DNA from: Octopus vulgaris
Lineage: Eukaryota
DNA: 64,000 nt
Reading direction: 5' to 3'
Assembly: GCA_951406725.2 (NCBI GenBank)
Contig: OX597830.1
Location: forward strand, 7,688,001-7,752,000
Both the position numbers and the translations under genes were made by a program. The notes beneath the pieces were generated by a model, which made no database searches, was not told the DNA's origin, and was given only the letters and a program-made list of their open reading frames with translations. Shown in pieces: positions 61,333 to 64,000 of the stretch. Positions within the stretch are counted from its first letter, which is position 1, and every line of letters begins with the position of its first letter.

Positions 61333-61570
61333 GCATAGATTGATATATTTTGGCCATATTATGCGTAGAAAATCCCTGGGGTAGGACGTCATGCTCGGAA
61401 TGATCAGTGGCAAGTGAGGAAGAGGCCGACCAAGAACCCGCTGGCTTGACACCATCAAGAGTGATATGGGAATGGACATAGCCAATCTGAACGAAGCGGC
61501 CAAGGATAGAACTGGCTGGAGGACACTGATCCATCGAGTAACCGAGAGTCGACTTCGACTGAGCGGTTAG
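61333..61570 (+). mobile_element. RTE-clade (BovB-like) LINE 3' remnant
   Basis: YFGHIMRRKSLG*DVMLGMISGK*GRGRPRTRWLDTIKSDMG...EAAKDRTGWRTLIHRVTESRLRLSG*. Confidence 0.88.
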
Positions 61571-61929
61571 ACATAGAGATAGAGATAGCAGGAGCCTCTG
61601 AGTTATTTAAAATAGGGTCTTAAACAAGTTATCTAACACTTCCCTACTCGTGGCGAGAAAGCTCCAATACAAGTGTCTGCTCGGGTGGTCGCTGCCCGCG
61701 AGCGTTTCACATGGTGGAAGTGCAACTCCCATCTCAACATCTTTTAATCGCCTTTTAAGGCATGTAAAGGAAACTTTGGGTCTATTCTTTGGCACGCCAG
61801 TATCCTCATAGTATTCGCCCCTAAAATCAAATCACTTCTTACTCCACAAGCCTATAATATATACGTGTATGCTTATATATATATAAGCATGCACGTATAT
61901 ATATATTATTGTATATATACATACATATA

Positions 61930-62660
61930 TGCTTTATTCTTTTATTCTTTTACTTGTTTCAGTCAGCTGACTGCGGCCATGCTGGATCACCACCTTTTAG
62001 TCGAACAAATCGATCCCTGGACTTATTCTAAGTTACGGTACGCAAACGCAACAACATCGGTTGTCAATCGATGGTGGGTGGGACAAACATAGACAGACAT
62101 GTATATATATATGTATATACGACGAGTTTCTTTTAGTTTCCGTCTACCAAATCTAATTACAAGGCTTTGGTTGACCCGAGGCAATAGTAAGGTGCGATGC
62201 AGTGGAACTGAACCCAGAACCATGTGGCTGGTAAATAAACCACACAGCCACGCTTACGCCTACTCTTTACTCTTTTACTTGTTTCAGTCATTTGTCTGCG
62301 GCCATGCTGGAGCACAGCCTTTAATCGAGCAACTCGACCCCGGGACTTATTCTTTTGTAAGCCCAGTACTTATTTTATCGGTCTTTTGCCGCTAAGTAAC
62401 GGTGACATAAACACACCAGCATCGGTTGTCAAGCAATGCTAGGGGGACAAATACAGACACACAAACACACACACTCATATATATATACACATATACGACG
62501 GGCTTCTTTCAGTTTCCGTCTACCAAATCCACTCACAAGGCATTGGTCGGCCCGAGGCTATAGTAGAAGACACTTGCCCAAGGTGCCACGCAGTGGGACT
62601 GAATCGGGAACCATGTGGTTGGTAAACAAGCTACTTACCACACAGCCACTCCTGCGCCTA
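61930..62660 (-). mobile_element. Two tandem SINE family A copies (deleted 61930-62260, full-length 62262-62660)
   Basis: Complete match to the family A copies, ending '...ccacacagccactcctgcgccta'. Confidence 0.92.
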
Positions 62661-62800
62661 TGTATATATATATAATGTTTATTTAATTTAGTGATTTTTA
62701 GAATAATATTTATTATAATATATTTAATTTTTTTCTATATTATTTAATATAGATAATATCTTTCAATATCAATTGAATTGCTTAATAGAAGTTATTTCTC

Positions 62801-62870
<70 letters not shown>

Positions 62871-63271
62871 GCCTTTTTGTGGCTGCGTTTGTATCCGAAC
62901 ACAGTTTGATGACCGATGCTGGTGTTTACCTCCCTATAACTTAGTGTTTCTGCAAAGGATACCGATAAAATAAGTACCAGACTCTAAAAAGATACTGGAT
63001 TCGATTCGTTCGTCTAAAATTCCTCAAGCTGGTGCTACAGTATGGCCACAGTCTAATGACTGAAACAAATAGATATAAAAGGTGAAAGATAATCTGGAGG
63101 AATTCAAGTGTTTCCTTTCGGCTGATCAAGCTTCCGGCTGTTCTTCTAGGAAACACCACGTTCGCAGGAACACAATGTGTCCTACCATATTACATATACT
63201 TTTCACTCCTGTATTGGTTTCTGCCGGAGGCTTCAGTAAATCATAATGCAATTATTTGTGTAGGTTGCGTT

Positions 63272-63329
<58 letters not shown>

Positions 63330-63704
63330 GTTTCTCACTTGAAAATTAATTTCTGATGTATTTTGATAAAAATAATAAAAAAACTCTGTATGTATGTATC
63401 AGTGCGTGTAAGTATTTATATATGTATACACATGTATATTTACATCTAACAATACATATATTATACGTATACATACATATATAATATATATATGTACATA
63501 TATAGAGAGGGAGAGAGAGGGAGAGAGAGAGGGGGAAGTGTTCTAGTTCTTGTATATGAATGCGTTATATACAGGTATGTCCATATGTGGAAACTGTACA
63601 CTTAAGTATGTCATACCAGAGTGTATAACTACTCATGCAATTTAAAATGAGTGTATGCACCCGTTCACTATATATGTGTTTATGTATGTATTATAGAGTT
63701 GTGT

Positions 63705-63793
<89 letters not shown>

Positions 63794-64000
63794 AAGACGT
63801 GTATGCAAATACGCGAAAGGCCTAAATTTGCGTGAAACCGATTGCGGTGCGTATATGCATTTATGAATATACACAGCCTATGGTTGTACATTTTTCACTC
63901 TGCGTGTATATCTACAGAGGCGCGTGCATGCCTGACCCTCCCTCTCCGCCCCCTCTCTTTCTCTCTCTCTCTCTCACTGTATATATATGTGTATATGTAT

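Overview
AT-rich, microsatellite-saturated eukaryotic DNA, intergenic or intronic. The SINE families and repeat landscape look like an Octopus/coleoid cephalopod genome; this is an inference. I found no intact host protein-coding gene, and nearly all ORFs in the track are translations of (TA)n, (CA)n, (GATA)n, (TATG)n and trinucleotide repeats. Supported content: (1) three tRNA-derived SINE families with many copies; (2) a decayed Tc1/mariner element with a DD36E (Incomer-type) triad, whose expected start codon region is interrupted by an inserted fragment; (3) several TA-flanked MITEs and a mariner remnant; (4) 3' remnants of CR1 and RTE LINEs; (5) a ~4.4-kb cluster at 48.2-52.7 kb. The cluster holds a 1.5-kb near-perfect palindrome with a hammerhead-ribozyme motif at each outer end, then a 5'-truncated Penelope-like (Naiad-type GIY-YIG) retroelement. 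That element's 3' region carries a hammerhead-like motif and an intact tRNA-Ile(AAT) gene, and the whole block is duplicated in inverted orientation to give two convergent tRNA genes. Further hammerhead-like motifs and fold-back hairpins sit in (TA)n tracts across the window. All alignments were done by eye, so boundaries are approximate unless stated.
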